This document shows positions 13,781-25,625 of a stretch of 64,000 bases of DNA, one piece after another. A program made the position numbers and the translations under genes. The DNA comes from Anthoceros angustus (lineage: Eukaryota > Plantae > Anthocerotophyta). A model generated the notes under the pieces. That model ran no database searches, was not told the DNA's origin, and saw nothing but the letters and a program-made list of their open reading frames with translations. The first letter of the stretch is position 1. The number at the start of each line of letters is the position of its first letter. Location of the stretch: NCBI GenBank assembly GCA_010909165.1, contig MU008161.1, forward strand, positions 1-64,000. Reading direction: 5' to 3'.

Positions 13781-14889
13781 GGCGCACGAAGCTTGAAGGA
13801 CCCGCATTGTGGATATGACCGCAAGGCCCGGCGCAAATGATCAACGCCCGCCCAAGGGCCAATTTGGTGGGATCATGCAATTGCTCTTTCAGGACTACGC
13901 GGTTGCACATGCGTATCGGGGGACGTCCCACCATCGCAATTCGGCCCCTCCGGGCGAACGGTGGGCATTCCACCAGGGCCCTCGCCTATTCACCTCGGAG
14001 AAGAAGAATTGGTTGATCCCGTTATCAACCAATGATGGCCCCTCGAATGTGCACGAAGGACAAGTGGAAGATCCCAAGCCTTGGTATGTGGGATGTGATC
14101 CCGGTTGGGCAAGGGCATCATGGAACGCGGAGATTGTCGACTTTGTCGCCGACATCCGGATGAGATGAAGAAGCGGGAATACCTCAAACGATTGCCACCT
14201 TCGTGAGGTGTGCACTCCATCAACTCGTGTTTGCTTTCATTGCCGCCTTGCGCAAACCGATATGACATCCGAAGTTATAGAGCTCGTGACCTTGCTTCTT
14301 GGACGAGCCGGCAAGACGCTTAACCGCCGAAAACAGCTTGAAGGAAGACATCCGAGCGAGTTGCGGTGGGTGAAGTGGAGCGACCACGGATGGCAAATGC
14401 TTGAGCGCATGCCGGGCCAAGATGGGATGAGGAGCGCATGACGTTGTGGATGTGGTCCAAAAGGGTGTGGTAGGATTGGTGTCTGCAGATCCAAGGTTGG
14501 TGGAAGCTCGCCATTCGAAGAAGGAGGTTGACGACGGTGGTGTGGGCTTCAACACAAGATCCCTTCAGATACGACCATTGCCACCATTTCATTGCATATG
14601 CCGATTTCCGCTCGAATGACGAAGGATCTTCCATGTCATGGAAGCATGTGATTTGATTGTGAAGTGTTGTCATTGCATCGGCAGAGGAAAGGGCATGCTT
14701 TGGTTGTTGGGGCAACCTTTGCCTTTGTGTTTACGCCTGCACCTCAATAGTCCGTTGGAGGTGCAAGTCCGTCGCCTTCAAGTCGGATTTTCTCTTTGGT
14801 TAGCTTTGTTCGGGGCCATCGGATGGCACGATCAGACGGTGCCCGTGACATGGAGGCACCGGGTGGTTTACATTTCAATGAAGCTCACA

Positions 14890-17800
14890 TCCAAAGGATC
14901 GTGGGTTTACATGTCTTTTCCAATAGCAAATCCCACCGAGAAGGCACCGGTGTGCAAATGAACCACCCCGGCCTTCTCCCACATCCGGGTGTGCTAACGC
15001 ACTGGACGTGTCGCAAACGTGAATGGCCGGTTTTGTGGTCACTGATATCGGTACACCTTCCTTGTGTCCACACCATGAAACCGCTCATGTCTTCTTCCAT
15101 AGACTTTGGGTTTGAAGATACGTCACACAAAAACCACTTGATTTGGAGGACAAAGGCACAAAAGTCTGTCCCCTCGAAAGTCACATCCAACTGCTCAACT
15201 CGCCGAAAATCAACAAAGTTGGTCTTCCATGTCAAAGGTCCCAAAAACCCAACTGTCCTGTGTGGAGCGACGGTGCAGGTCACCGGCTATGGTGCGGTAA
15301 TGGTACCCCATTGTCTCCAACCCCTCAGAATCTGACCGCTTACGGCCCGCTCACCATGGCCCGAATATCGTTGTCTTGTTCGAGGATTGCCAACGCCGCC
15401 GACACCGCTGCCCACTCGAGGAAAGTGGCCGGTCGCCCTCAAGATCAAACTCCATTCGAATCCCCTCCAAAGTTTCCGAATGGAGCAGGAAATGCCAGTG
15501 CATACGCTTTTGCTCCACGGCTGTTAGGGTTCTGGGTTGCGCTTTCCTGATGGGACGCACTGCATCCCGGTCTATCGATGTGTGCTGAAACAAATGAGCC
15601 TGAGCCGGATTCCTTGCCGCCAGGTAGTCCGCTGCATAAAACATGCTCTCCATTGCCAAGTACCCAGTGGCCATACTTCCTTCGGGCCGGGCTTTACGGC
15701 GGATTGATTGCTTCAAGACATTCATATGCCGCTCGATAGGGTACATCCATCGAACATGCACTGCGTCGCGGCGTGGCAACTTCATCTAGCGTGGATAAAG
15801 AGGTGCCGCATCGGATTCCAAAACACGGAAGGGTAATACCGCCCAAGGCCACCATTGTATCCACAACCCGAGCCCGCATTGCGAGATTTACGTGGCTTGA
15901 TTGCCTTCGACAAATCCATCGGTAGATGGAGCTCACCAGATGAAGGCTTTGTACCGGCCTCTCAAACGGTGAGTGCAATAGGAAAATAAAATTGAGGAGC
16001 AAGTGCTCGTGACTCTTCACTGGATCTGTTGCCCCACCAAAGCGGTGGCGTGCAATAGGAAAATAAAATTGGAGGAGCAAGTGCGGTCGTGACTCTTCAC
16101 CTGTTGTTGCCCCACCAAAGCTGGTTGCAAGGTTGGACCCAAATGCCGTTGGTGGTTTGATCCTCGATAGCTCGGCCTGTAAGTCAATGTGTATGACGCA
16201 GGGGAGGTGGGCCTCCCACTATCCGAGTCCAGCCCACGCTTGAGGCCACATTCATAAGGTCAATCCGCATTGTGGGTGTCCCATTGCCACTCCATATGTT
16301 CCAAAAAGCTCGGCTTGTTAACTTCCGTGCATCACGCCTTCACCACAACCGGAATAGCCGGCAAGTAGGGCAGCATTTTAACGAAAGCCAGCGCGACACC
16401 CCATGACATTGCCAGTCAGCCGCCACCCGGTCGCATTTTCCCAAGCATCCATCTCACAATGATGTCCCGCACGGTTCGGAAGGGGCGGCCGAATATCACT
16501 TGCATTGTCGAAAAACTCACGGTGGTCATGCCGCTATCGGACCGGTGGCACCATCTGCGTGCCCATCGCAATGACTTTCTCCAAAGCCCGGGACCATCTA
16601 GCTTCCAACCCCATGCTGATTGACGCTTACGCGGCCCGTTCACCATGGCCCGAATATCGTTGTCTTGTTCGAGGATTGCCAGCCGATTCGGACACCGGCT
16701 TCCAGCCACTCGAGGAAAGTGGCCCGGTGCTGTCCCTCGGCATCAAACTCCATTCGAATCCCCTCCAAAGTTTCCGAATGGAGCAGAAATGCCGATACGC
16801 TTTTGCTCCACTTAGGGTTAGGTTGCGCTTTCCGATGGGGCGCTCGCATCCCGGTCTATAGATGTCTGGAACAAATGAAAATGAGCCGGATTCCTTGCCG
16901 CCAGTAGTCCACGCATAAAACATGCTCTCCATTGCCAAGTACCCGGTGGCCATACTTCCTTGGGCCGGGCTTTACGGCGGATTGATTGCTTCAAGACATT
17001 CATATGCCGCTCGATAGGGTACATCCATCGAACATGCACCGTGCGTGCGTGGCAACTTCATCTAGCGGTGGATAAAGAGGTGCGCCAGTTCCAAAACACG
17101 GAAGGGTACCGCTCCAAGGCCACCATTGTATCCACAACGAGCCCGCATTGCGAGATTTACGTGGCTTGATTGCCTTCTCAAATCCATCGGTAGATGGAGC
17201 TCGGTATATGAAGGCTTTGTACTCCGGCCTCTCAAGCGGTGGCGTGGTGCAATAGGAAAATAAAATTGGAGGAGCAAGTGCGTCGTGACTCTTGACCACC
17301 TGTTGTTGCCCCACCAAAGCTGGTTGCAAGGTTGGACCCAAATGCCGTTGGTGGTTTGATCCCGCATAGCTCCGCTTTCACGGCACAGTCATTTTTGCTC
17401 AATGTGTATGGCGGGGGAGGTGGGCCTCACCGCGTCATCGATGCCACGGCCCGGCTTGAGGCCACATTCATAAGGTCAATCCGCATTGTGGGTGTCCCAT
17501 TGCCACTCCATATGTTCCAGCGGTTGTTAACTTCCGTGTGCATCACGTCTTTCACCACAACTTGAATAGGCGGCAAGTAGGGCAGCATTTTAGCAAAGCG
17601 GCGCTGACACCCCATGACATTGCGCCCGCTCACCCGGGGTCGCATTTTCCCAAGCATCCATCTCGTCAATGATGTCCCGCACGGTTCGGAAGGGGTGCGC
17701 ATATCACTTGCATTGTCGAAAAACTCACGGTGGTCATGCGCTTTTGCTCGTGGGCGGCGGGGCACCATCTGCAATGACTTTCTCCAAAGCCCGGGACCAT

Positions 17801-19620
17801 CTAGCTTCGAAGCCCCGATCCACACAACAACGATAGCCTCTCACTTGTGTCAAAAGCGCCCGAGTCCAGTGTAGTCACATGTCGCGTGAAGCACGGCGGC
17901 CCTCGGGATGAAAAAGCGACCCGGTCGACACGCCTTTGGAATGATCATGGGACACCCACCATTGTCGCCAGCCTCCTCCAACAAAGGTTGGAGATACACA
18001 TCCATATTCTTGATTGCTTCGCCCCGGATGATTAAAGGCATAAGAATCACCGCTCTTTGTCGTGAGCCAAGGAGGAAAATTGTGGATGAAAATGAGAACA
18101 GCCGATGGAGTACGAGGAAGAACGATGGCCGCTTGGATTGAAATCAGAGATACCGAGGCGAAGATTTCCTTCCGCATCAAGGCACTTACACTATCCAAGG
18201 CCACCATTGTATCCACAACAGCGCATTGCGAGATTTACGTGGGCTTGATTGCCTTCGACAAATCCATCGGTAGATGGAGCTCAATATATGAAGGCTTTGT
18301 ACTCCGGCCTCTCAAAGCGGTGGCGTGGTGCAATAGGAAAATAAAATTGGAGGAGCAAGTGCGTCGTGACTCTTGACCCATGTTGTTGCCCACAAAGCTG
18401 GTTGCAAGGTTGGACCCAAATGCCGTTGGTGGTTTGATCCTGCATAGCTCCGCTTTCACGGCCTGTAAGTCAATGTGTATGACGCAGGGGGGAGGTGGGC
18501 CTCACCCGCGTCATCCAGAACAGGCCACAGCCACGGCTTGGAGGCCACATTCATAAGGTCAATCCTAGCATTGTGGGTGTCCCATTTGCCACTCCATATG
18601 TTCCAAAAAGCAGCAGTTGTTAACTTCCGTGTGCATCACGTCTTTCAGCCACAACTTCGGAATAGCTGGCAAGTAGGGCAGCATTTTAACGAAAGCCAAG
18701 CGGCGCCTGACACCCCATGACATTGCAGCCGCCCGCTCACCCGGGGTCGCATTTTCCCAAGCATCCATCTCGTCAATGATGTCCTGCACGGTTCGGGAAG
18801 GGGGCGCCGGCCGAATATCACTTGCATTGTCGAAAAACTCACGGTGGTCATGCGCTTTTGCTATGTGGGCGGCACCATCTGCATCGCAATGACTTTCTCC
18901 AAAGCCCGGACCATCTAGCTTCGAAGCCCCATCCACAACGATACCCTCTCACTTGCAAGCGGCGCTCGAGTCCGGTAGTCACATGTCGCGTGAAGCACGG
19001 CAGCCCTCGGGATGAAAAAGCGACCGGGTCGGACACGTCTTTGGAATGATCGGTAGGACACACCCACCCACAAGGTCGCCACTCAACAAAGGTTGGAGAT
19101 ACACATCCATATTCTTGACTGTTTGGCCGGGATGATTAAAGGCATAAGAATCAGCTTCTTTGTGAGCCAAGGAGGAAAATTGTGGATGAAAATGAGCAGG
19201 CCGGATGGAGTACGAGGAAGAAGCGATGGCGCTTGGATTGAAGCCGTCGTAGAGATACCGAGGCGAAGATTTGGTCTTCGGAGAAGGCACTTACACTATC
19301 CAAGGCACCGACGGGTGTGTTGGCCATTATCCGCACTTGACCATCGGTGCTCCTATGGTCCTTCCACCATATCGCTCACGGCCGCTGAAGAGCACGCATA
19401 CATTCGAGGCGATCCGCGTGAAATAAAACATTGTCTTCCGCGAAATAGGTTGCCCGGTGGCACCCTCGCGATATCCGGCTCGCCGCAAACGTGGCAAGAG
19501 GTCTCTAATGCCCTCGTGCCCCAAAACAAGGAACCCAACATCAATTCTCAGACGCTACACCGACGTGTAGCATCATCTTACGGACATCCGACCTTGCCTT
19601 GACATCGCTGGTCTTCGCAA
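14890..19620 (-). pseudogene. CACTA TnpD/Tnp2 transposase (Transposase_21 + DUF4218 + probable DUF4216), fragmented, in 2-3 overlapping copies
   Basis: FPPWLT..PLII....KNMDVYLQPLLEE; KDVMHTEVN; IKPPTAFGSN; KSHD.HLLLQFYFPIA; VHVRWMYPIERHMNVLKQSIRRKARPEGSMATGYLAMESMFY; FVLQIKWF. Confidence 0.9.
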
Positions 19621-19640
19621 CACCGAAGAAAGGAGGTCAA

Positions 19641-22609
19641 GATTGCGGACATGGCGGTCGGATATCTTATACCGGTCTTGATGTTAAGGAATGCAGGCGG
19701 ACAATCGACTATGCATGGATTCCTCCGCCCGAGACCGACCATAAGGGTTTGGCAGCCTCCTCCTCCAAATTGGATTGTCCCTCCTGCTGAGAGCAGCTAT
19801 GAAGTCTTGCATCAACTTTGTGCGCCCTCACTCGGAACCCGATGCCGCCCGTCGGGTATGTCGCAATGGTACTTCATCAACAAACTCCGCGGCGCACAAG
19901 CCCCAGCCGGAGGCTGCGGCGGGCGTACGACTAACCCGCCCGTCGGTGTGGATGCACATAGGCTGGACACCTCGATCTACTGGATTTCTAGCGGCGCGCG
20001 AGACAAGCAAACAATATTGTCGATCGCTCCTGGATTTGCCTACGGCGCCAAGGCGATTGCGCTGGGACATCTTGCCTCACCTCGGCAGCGGCGCCCATGA
20101 GCAGGCGTGGCGGGCTGCGGCGTCCGCGGATGGGGTGTGTGGTTCCGCCATAACGGCAATTGCGATGACCGGTATTTGACGGTTGGTGTAAGGAGGATCC
20201 ATAGCACCTCACCCGATGCCTAGCTATGGCGGAGTTGGGTGCAGCGTCTTTGCAAGTAAAAGAGGAGTTCACAGAGAAGGTGGTGAGAGTCCCCGCTCAC
20301 AACTAAGGTACGCCCCGGCTGGGAGACGTTGGGTCCTCCTCCGGCGGCCGTTGGAGGCAACAACGGGACGTTGGGAATGGTGTCAGGGCCATCCTCTCCC
20401 ACTAATGGCACGCCCGCGATGATCGAAACATGGTTACCGTTATTCGACAATGGTCAGCACACTAACCCGTTGGTGACCCGACCGCGAACGAGAAGGCCAA
20501 CTCGAGACGGTCGGACACACAATCGAACCCCACCGTAATCGATATTGATCGGGATGGAATCAAAGATTAGTAGGAGGCCCAATGACGGAGGAAACACGAG
20601 GAATACATCATCATAAACACCCTATGTGACGCATGCACAATGTCATTGCCACCAATTTGACCATTCTTTAATGACGAAGTGATGCAGAATAGGCGCCTGT
20701 CATTTCCCGCTTGTCATAAACCGTCCCGTTTTGTAGTAGTGAGGCCATGAAAGGCCTACCGACGGAGCTAAGCTGTAGCTTGAGCACGGTGATGAGGCTA
20801 CTACATCGGCACACGGCATGGCGCGGGGTGTATGGGAGGTTGTCCGTGGAGGAGGTGTGCACGCTGATTGCCACGAACACACCCATCACACGGCACGGCG
20901 TGAACGCTGGAATACGATTCATGCAGGCAGAGCTGCAACTGGATAGAATCAAAATCGTACGCAGGTCATGGAGGCGCTGCGTTTGATGCAGCTGGAGCAC
21001 ATGTCCCGACGGTCGATAATGCGCATCCGCCGCATCCAGTACACCAATGCGACACCCATGTACATGTGGCATATGGATTGTAAGTGCGTGCCGCAAACAT
21101 GCGATGTTCGCGAGGATCGCGTTGCGAGGAAGTGATTGCGGACATGGTCGGATATCTTATACCGGTCTTGGATGTTAAGGAATGCGGGGCGGACGATCGA
21201 CTATGCATGGATTCCTCGGCGGAGGACCATAAGGGTTTGGCGCCTCCTCCTCCAAATTGGATTGTCCCTCCTGCGAGCCAGCTGAAGTCTTGCATCAACT
21301 TTGTGCAAGCGCTCACCTCGGAACCCGGTACCCGCCCGCCCGTCGGGTATGTCGCAATGGTACTTCATCAACAAACTCCGGGGACGCACAAGCCCCAACC
21401 GGAGGCTGCGAGGCCGTACGAGCTAACCCGCCCGTCGGTGTGGATGCACATAGGCTGGACACCTCGATCTACCGGATTTCGGCGGCGGACAAGCAAACAA
21501 TATTGTCGATCGCTCCACGGATTTGCCTACGCGCCAAGGCGCGCCTACGGACATCTTGCCTCACCTCGGCAGCGGTGCGCCCATGAGCGGGCGTGGCGGG
21601 CTGCGGCGTCGCGGATGGGGTGTGTGGTTCGCTTCGCAGCAGGGCAATTGCGAGATGACCCGAGGTATTTGGTTGGTGTAAGGAGGATCCATAGCACCTC
21701 ACCCGATGCAGCTATGGCGGAGTTGGGTGCAGCGTCTTTGCGGTAAAGAGGAGTTCACAGAAGGTGGTGAGAGTCCCGCTCACAACTAAGGTACCTTTGG
21801 GAGGCGTTGGGTCCTCCTCGTGGCCGTTGGAGGCAACAACGGACGTTGGGAATGGTGTCGAGGCCATCCTCTCCCACTAAAGGCACGCCCGCGATGATCG
21901 AAACATGGTTACCGTTTGGCCTGACAATGGTCAGCACACTAACCCCGTTGAGCTGACCAGCGCTGCGAACGGGGAAGGCCAACTCCAGAGACAGTCAGAC
22001 ACACAATCGCTGAACCCCCACCGTAATCGATATTGATCGGGATGGAATCCAAAGATTAGTAGGAGGCCCAATGACAGAGGAAACACGAGGAATACATCTG
22101 TCATAAACACCCTATGACAGCCGCATGCACAATGTCATTTGCCACCGACCCCGACATTCTTTAATGACGAAGTGATGCAGAATAGGCGCCTGTCATTTCC
22201 CGCTTGTCATAAACCGTCCCGTTTTGTAGTAGTGAGGCCATGAAAGGCCTCTGGCGAACTAAGCGTAGCTTGAGCACGGTGATGAGGCTACTACATCGGC
22301 TGCGGCATGGCGGTGTATGGGAGGTTGTCCGTGGAGGAGGTGTGCTGATGCCACGAACACACCCATCACACTGCAACCGCAGGCGTGAAACTGAATCGAT
22401 TCATGCGAGCCCGGATAGAATCAAAATAAATCGCGAGTCATGGAAGAGGCGTTTGATGCAACTGGAGCACATGTCCCGGCGGTCGATAATGCGCATCCGC
22501 CGCATCCAATGCGACACCCATGTACATGTGGCATATGGATTGTAAGTGCGTGTCGATCGGGCCGCCATGCGATGTTCGCGAGGATCGCGTTGCGGGGAAG
22601 TGATTGCGG
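19641..22609. repeat. ~1.48 kb tandem duplication spanning the CACTA right end and the 5' part of the IS3EU-like gene
   Basis: Units 19641-21133 and 21134-22601. Microhomology gattgcgg at 19641, 21134 and 22602. Confidence 0.9.
20742..21140 (+). pseudogene. Duplicated 5' fragment of the IS3EU-like transposase (HTH region to first catalytic Asp)
   Basis: ELSCSLSTVMRLLHRH..YGRLSVEEVCTLI and in-frame RIRRIQYTNATPMYMWHMD, then a gtaagt donor. Confidence 0.75.
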
Positions 22610-23790
22610 GGAGTTGTGCGCAATCGGTGTGGTCTGTGGTTGCCCGCAGAAATGATGACAAGATGTACCAATTCTACTTCAGAGTCCATGTGGCCATAGA
22701 TGGGGCAACCCATTACGTCCCCTGGTTGGTACTGGAGGATAACAAGTGGGGCACAACGATTTTCAACGGCTATGTGGAAGCAGTGAGCAAGTTTGGGCAT
22801 CCACAGCGGATTCGGTCGGACTACGTAGCAGAGCATAACCGGTACCTAATAGAGGCAAATATGAACCGAGCGAGGCCAAGGGCACATGGAAGCAACTTCA
22901 TCCGCGGCCCCTCGGTGCACAACCAGGTAAAAGTTTGGTGCATGGTCTGCATTGCCCTTCTCTGCAATGACAGATGGTCAAGGGAGTGAGTGCGGGATTG
23001 TTGTAGAGGATTGAACATTTCTGGCGATCCTTGGGAGAGAAGTGGGCATTCCTGTACAAGGGGTACATGATGGATATGGTGAGGAGCAGCGAACTGGACA
23101 TCACCAACCCCTGGCACATCCATTCGCTCCACGTAAGGTTCATGCCCACGATGAGGGCGGAGCTTGAACGTTGGAGGCAGGTGTGGAACAGGCACCGGGT
23201 GCGGAAGATCAAGGCTGTCGACAAGGACATCCCCGGCCATGTGCCTGCAATCGCATTCCAAGAAGAAGGTCGACTACAAGGGTGGGTGCAGCCACCCGTA
23301 TATGGGGTTGAGGAGGACGATGGCGAGGAATTCGATGTGGGTGGCCCTCAGTATGCCCAAAACGTGGCGCCGGAGATGCCACCACTTAGTGGCATTGAAC
23401 AGCTGACCGGGATGAGAAACTGCAGGCTGCATGTCCATTTTGTCTATAGGTTGCAGCATTGTTGAGGGCAGTGGGGTTGCATCACTGCAATATGTGCAGG
23501 CATGGGGAACTGAATCGTGTGGGGCACTGCTGTGGGTTGTGCAGGAACTGCAGATGGCGAGGGACAATGCATATGCAAAGGGCTTGGAGGACATGGACTT
23601 CCTCCCGGACATGTATCGGCTACACATGGCACTAACAACACTCTGCAAGGAGTGCAGGAGTACACGGGAGGCATTGCCCGAATACCTCCGGAGGTGGACG
23701 GGGCTGAAGCCACCCCGTGGGCGTGGACAACGATCACCCTGCTCCGGGCTGTGGTGCACCAGGCGTGAGGGACTTGCGGCCCAGATTTGA
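22235..23790 (+). mobile_element. Intron-containing DDE transposase / integrase-core gene of IS3EU-like type, 5'-truncated by CACTA
   Basis: WHMD (22529-22540) | intron 22542-22649 | KMYQFYFRVHVAIDGATHYV..DNK..TIF..YVEAVSKFGHPQRIRSD..GSNFIRGPSVHNQ | intron 22927-23006 | RIEHFW..LDITNPWHIHSLH..F....ELERW...WNRH. Spacing is D-37-E. A probable third intron 23412-23544 has a decayed donor. Confidence 0.8.
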
Positions 23791-23956
23791 GGCTCTTCCG
23801 GGAGTGAGCGGGGTGTAGGCTGTAGAGAAGTGTTTTGTGCGCTCCCACCATGAGATGGGAGCGCTGACAATATGGAATTCTTAGTTCTGTCCTTTTGAGG
23901 CATGAGCCCAGTGGTGGCTTTGTTATGGCTTGAATGTAAAGTCTGCATCTGTGAAG

Positions 23957-24562
23957 CTGCCAAAGGCAATCGTGCGAGGCCTGGATGGCGCGAGGCCTGT
24001 ATGGCTGCCAAATGCAATCGCGCGAGGCCTGGATGGCTGCCGAAGGTAGTCGCATGAGGCTTGGATGGCTGCCGAAGGTAGTCGAGCGAGGCCTGGATGG
24101 CTGCCGAAGGTAGTCGCACGAGGCCTGGATGGCGTGAAGCCTGTATGGCTGCCAAACGCAATCGCACGTGGCTTGGATGGCGCAAGGCCTGTATGGCTGC
24201 CAAATGCAATCGCCCGTGGCTTGGATGGCTGCCAAAGGCAGCCGCGCGAGGCCTGGATGGCGCGAGGCCTGAATGGTTGCGAAATGCAATCGCGCGAGGC
24301 TTGGATGGTTGCCAAAGGCAGTCGCGCAAGGCTTGGATGGCTCCTCCAGGCTATCTGCCACGAAGGCCTGGATGGCTGCGAAAGCCAGGCGCGCGAGACC
24401 TGGATGGCTCCTCCAGGCTATCTGCCACAAAGGCCTGGATGGTTGCGAAAGCGAGTGGCACGAGGCCCGGATGGCTCCTCCAGGCTGTCTGCCACAAAGG
24501 CCTGGATGGCTGCGAAAGCCAGTCGCACGAGGCCTGGATGGCTGCTGGAGGCTATGTGCCAC
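23957..24562 (+). repeat. Structured minisatellite: 20 copies of 14-bp core GAGGCCTGGATGGC with 2-, 18- or 21-bp linkers
   Basis: Read directly. Periods are 16, 32 and 35 bp, and the linkers are related to each other (TGCCAAAGGCARTCGCGC and TCCTCCAGGCTATCTGCCACA types). Confidence 0.95.
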
Positions 24563-25234
24563 AGCATGGTGATGGTTTGTTTACGGCAAACTGACGGGCA
24601 GATGGGGTCATGCAGGATGGATGTGCGAAGGCCCATGTAGTGACTGGCCTAAAAAAGAAAACCTTGTGTATGACAACCTAAAAAGAATCTTCACACACCA
24701 CTTGACGACTTCGGGACACGTGGGGCAGCGCCCACGGCCGATGTCACCATCGAAAAAAATCCTAGATTGCTCCTTGATGAGATCGGTATTCCATAGCATC
24801 CCTCGTCCGATACCTTGAAGAATGTAATTGTGCAATCACACTTGACCTGGGCACGGCATCGGATGATACGAATGTATGGCTTTGTCATATTCTAGTTGTG
24901 GTTTCGCAACTCTCCGAACACATCCATCATGGCGCCTTACAACATGACATGTGAAGCATAATCCGCCGGATATGGTTGCCCAGGAGCGTGTCCGACTGAT
25001 GCCCCTTCTTCACCTTCAAAGCATGGACGAGTTCACCAGAGCAACATCCTTTCTGCCTGTACACGCCGTTCAGTTCTTCACGAAAGTAACGGGATGCGGA
25101 AATACAACAACAGTCTGGTCTGGTCTGCAAAGCCGAACTCCTACAACCTCAACAGCCTGTCAAGAGTCAGGCACGCGGGGGCCTTGGGGTTTCGTTTAGG
25201 AACTCGACGCTTTGGTGTCGCGCTCTCCGTAAAC

Positions 25235-25625
25235 ATGGCGAAGTCGTGCAAGGGTTTGGCGCAGGAGCTTGTGAAGTGCCTGAGCGAATCCGACTGTGTT
25301 AAGGTAAGCCCGGAGACGCATCCTCTCTGGTTTCAAGGCACTTACATGTTTGCTAGGTTTTCATGGTATACTGGATTTGACTGCAGGTAGAGGGGAGGTC
25401 CATGCGAGACTGCGTGGGAGAGCATGAGCCTTCAGTGCCTAGCAAGTGTTCTGGGCTGCGAGAGACATACTACGATTGCAAGCGTATGCAGGTTGGGGCA
25501 TTTGTTTTTGGATCCGTGTTCTCCTGCTGTATGTCGTCCTGACGGGTTTTGACAAGGCTCATGCTGTGGCATCGTGTTTGCAGCTGAATATGAGCTCACG
25601 CATCCGAGGAAACAAGGGTTACTAG
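25235..25625 (+). CDS. COA5: Cytochrome c oxidase assembly factor 5 / PET191 (twin Cx9C), 71 aa; exons 25235-25303, 25387-25491, 25584-25625
   Basis: Spliced MAKSCKGLAQELVKCLSESDCVK|VEGRSMRDCVGEHEPSVPSKCSGLRETYYDCKRMQ|LNMSSRIRGNKGY*. Canonical phase-0 GT-AG introns and the RIRGNKGY C-terminus typical of plant PET191. Confidence 0.93.

Larger units (their letters stand above)
7650..22234 (-). mobile_element. CACTA (En/Spm) DNA transposon, degenerate, with internal tandem duplications
   Basis: Left end CACTACT at 7650. Right end AGTAGTG ends at 20741 and is duplicated ending at 22234. ATGAC/GTCAT subterminal motifs at both ends. TnpD-type transposase motifs on the minus strand. The 3-bp flanks (tct/agg) do not match as a TSD. 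Confidence 0.85.

Noticed and set aside
23957-24562. CRISPR-like repeat-spacer array
   Set aside because: Linkers are short and homologous to each other rather than unique spacers. There are no cas genes and the context is eukaryotic.
23274-24640. Long ORFs (351 aa, 372 aa, 191 aa) over the minisatellite
   Set aside because: They are open in several frames on both strands because the repeat lacks stops, and the unit lengths are not multiples of three.
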